From Patella caerulea (taxonomy: Eukaryota): DNA of 64,000 bases. Positions 62,752-64,000 of the stretch are shown here, piece by piece. Positions within the stretch are counted from its first letter, which is position 1. Each line of letters begins with the position of its first letter. Under the pieces are notes generated by a model that saw nothing but the letters and a program-made list of their open reading frames with translations, searched no databases and had not been told where the DNA came from. Position numbers and translations under genes: made by a program. The stretch lies in the NCBI GenBank assembly GCA_036850965.1, contig JAZGQO010000014.1:6790208-6854207 (forward strand), read 5' to 3'.

Positions 62752-62995
62752 ATGCCTTTATTGGCTAAGAAAGTTCATTCAGATTTATCGATGTGGTTCG
62801 CACTTGTCAGTGATGCAGGACGGAGGGACGTCTAGTCATTCGGATTGGACAGTCATCTAGTCATTCAGATGTTACGATAAACCAAGGTCCTGCATACATA
62901 TTGGTGTAGACGTAAAAGATCCCTTGACAACTGGAATTTGATATAAGTGTAGGCTGTAGTGCCGCTGTCCGGGCAAAATCACCCCCATGTTGCAC
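62752..62995 (+). mobile_element. SINE fragment (same family as 42683-43046), truncated at both ends
   Basis: ..ttggctaagaaagttcattcagatttatcgatgtggttcgcacttgtcagtgatgcaggacggagggacgtctagtcattcggattggac..gtaaaagatcccttgacaactggaatttgatataagtgtaggctgtagtgccgctgtccgggcaaaatcaccccc.. Confidence 0.55.
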
Positions 62996-63449
62996 ACTGT
63001 ATGAAAGGATAAAGCACAAATTAACGAACTCGGCCATATAAAATGGAACAAAATTTAAGTAAGTCTGGGGGAAAAAATATTGATTTTTGAAAAAATGTGA
63101 ATGTAAAATATTGTAGGCCTAATCAAGCAATAAATCATATGACTTCCGACTTTTCAAAGATTTCAGTTTTTTTCTCCCAGACTTAGCCTTCCTAAATTTC
63201 GTTCTAGCGAGGTCAGCAAGCTCTTATTTTCTCAGACTAAGATTAAGATGTTCTGTTACATTGGTCATTTTTTTCATCGGTTTTAGCATTTTTCTCCCGT
63301 TTTAGTTTTTCTTTGATTTTTTCCACGAGGAGGCTGGCACCTCCATCCAGTGCCTCAGATATAAAACGCTTTTGGCTCACAGGAACTGGCACGCAACTGT
63401 TTTGCAGTAAAATGTTGCCCAGTAAAATTGACTGGGAAGTGATTCTACT

Positions 63450-63720
63450 ATAATGCATTTTATCCCCAGTTCTAGCAAGGAGACTCGAAGAACGAGGCTA
63501 GAAACATTGCACGTTTGTAGACTGGAATAATCAAACACTAGAAATTTGCATTCTATTGAGAGTGATGGCTTATTTCGTGGAAGATAACTGATTTGAAATT
63601 AGAGTAAAAACAGAAACCATTGAATGTAAATCAATATACATTCATATTACAATATTATAAGCATTGCAACCCACTTGTGTCAATTTGTAGGTCACATGTT
63701 AGCGATTCAGCTCCTTTAAA
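63450..63720 (-). mobile_element. MITE-like element copy C (5'-truncated, same orientation as copy B)
   Basis: ..taatgcattttatccccagttctagcaaggagactcgaagaacgaggctagaaacattg...gttagcgattcagctcctttaaa aligns to 7520-7815 at about 85%. Confidence 0.6.
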
Positions 63721-64000
63721 GGGACAATAACATTCTTGCTGGCTTGGTAGCTCCAGAAAATAAATAATACCCTTATTCTAAGTACTACATGTTTAAATGT
63801 CCTACCTGTTGTGTAAATTATCCATTACAACCTATTTTATTTGTCCAGAGGGTTCGGAAATATTTTAAAATCCAAGTCACATTTGAAAAGGTTTACGTTA
63901 GACTTTTCAAATCAATTGGTTGAATTTTTCCAATTTTTTAAATTAGGCGTGTTAAGATGAAATTTAGATCATCATTTAATTGGAATATTCGAAAATAATA
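63721..64000 (-). repeat. Dispersed repeat R2, minus copy, cut by the window end
   Basis: It is the reverse complement of 28195-28487 and directly abuts MITE copy C at ..ctcctttaaa|gggacaataac.. Confidence 0.7.

Overview
This window is not prokaryotic. It is AT-rich (about one-third GC), gene-poor, repeat-dominated eukaryotic DNA, and its repeats resemble those of a bivalve mollusc genome. I cannot name the species from sequence alone. There is no CRISPR array, no operon and no candidate defence or secretion system; the six-frame ORFs are almost all translations of repeats. I found no undescribed biological system and prefer to say so rather than invent one.

**The one credible gene** is a glycosyltransferase family 92 (Glyco_transf_92/DUF23) type-II membrane protein on the minus strand at 1..926. 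Its start ATG is at 924-926 and it runs off the window's left edge. The supplied ORF track missed it because there is no in-window stop.

**Mobile elements dominate the rest.** Roughly 40% of the window is built from satellite-carrying non-autonomous Helitron/Helentron-like elements (HINE/pearl-like: a 5' head, tandem monomers, a microsatellite and a 3' hairpin). There are three related families.
- **HINE1:** roughly 145-bp monomers in roughly 295-bp dimers, a (GACA)n microsatellite, the hairpin gtccccc...gggggac, and an 11-bp terminal inverted repeat (TIR) tgtcccccgcc.
- **HINE2:** a roughly 330-bp two-part unit, a (GGAC/GAAC)n microsatellite, the hairpin cgtccacat-gaaa-atgtgggcg, and a 16-bp TIR atacgcccacattttc.
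- **SatB:** a 144/145-bp monomer family that shares the HINE2 terminus.
- **Head-to-tail array:** HINE2 elements lie in a single array covering 50.9-56.9 kb.

**Other repeats:**
- **SINEs:** several families, including Deu-domain and tRNA-related types, share one common 3' tail.
- **Palindromic MITE-like structures:** a 470-bp MITE is present as an inverted pair plus a third copy. A 165-bp MITE with a 15-bp TIR is nested inside a HINE1. A young 320-bp perfect palindrome is flanked by (TA)n.
- **hAT remnant:** an internally deleted hAT transposon keeps a TTF-type N-terminus and a hAT C-terminal dimerisation domain.
- **Simple repeats:** several mini- and microsatellites.

All coordinates come from reading the sequence by eye and are approximate to a few bp.
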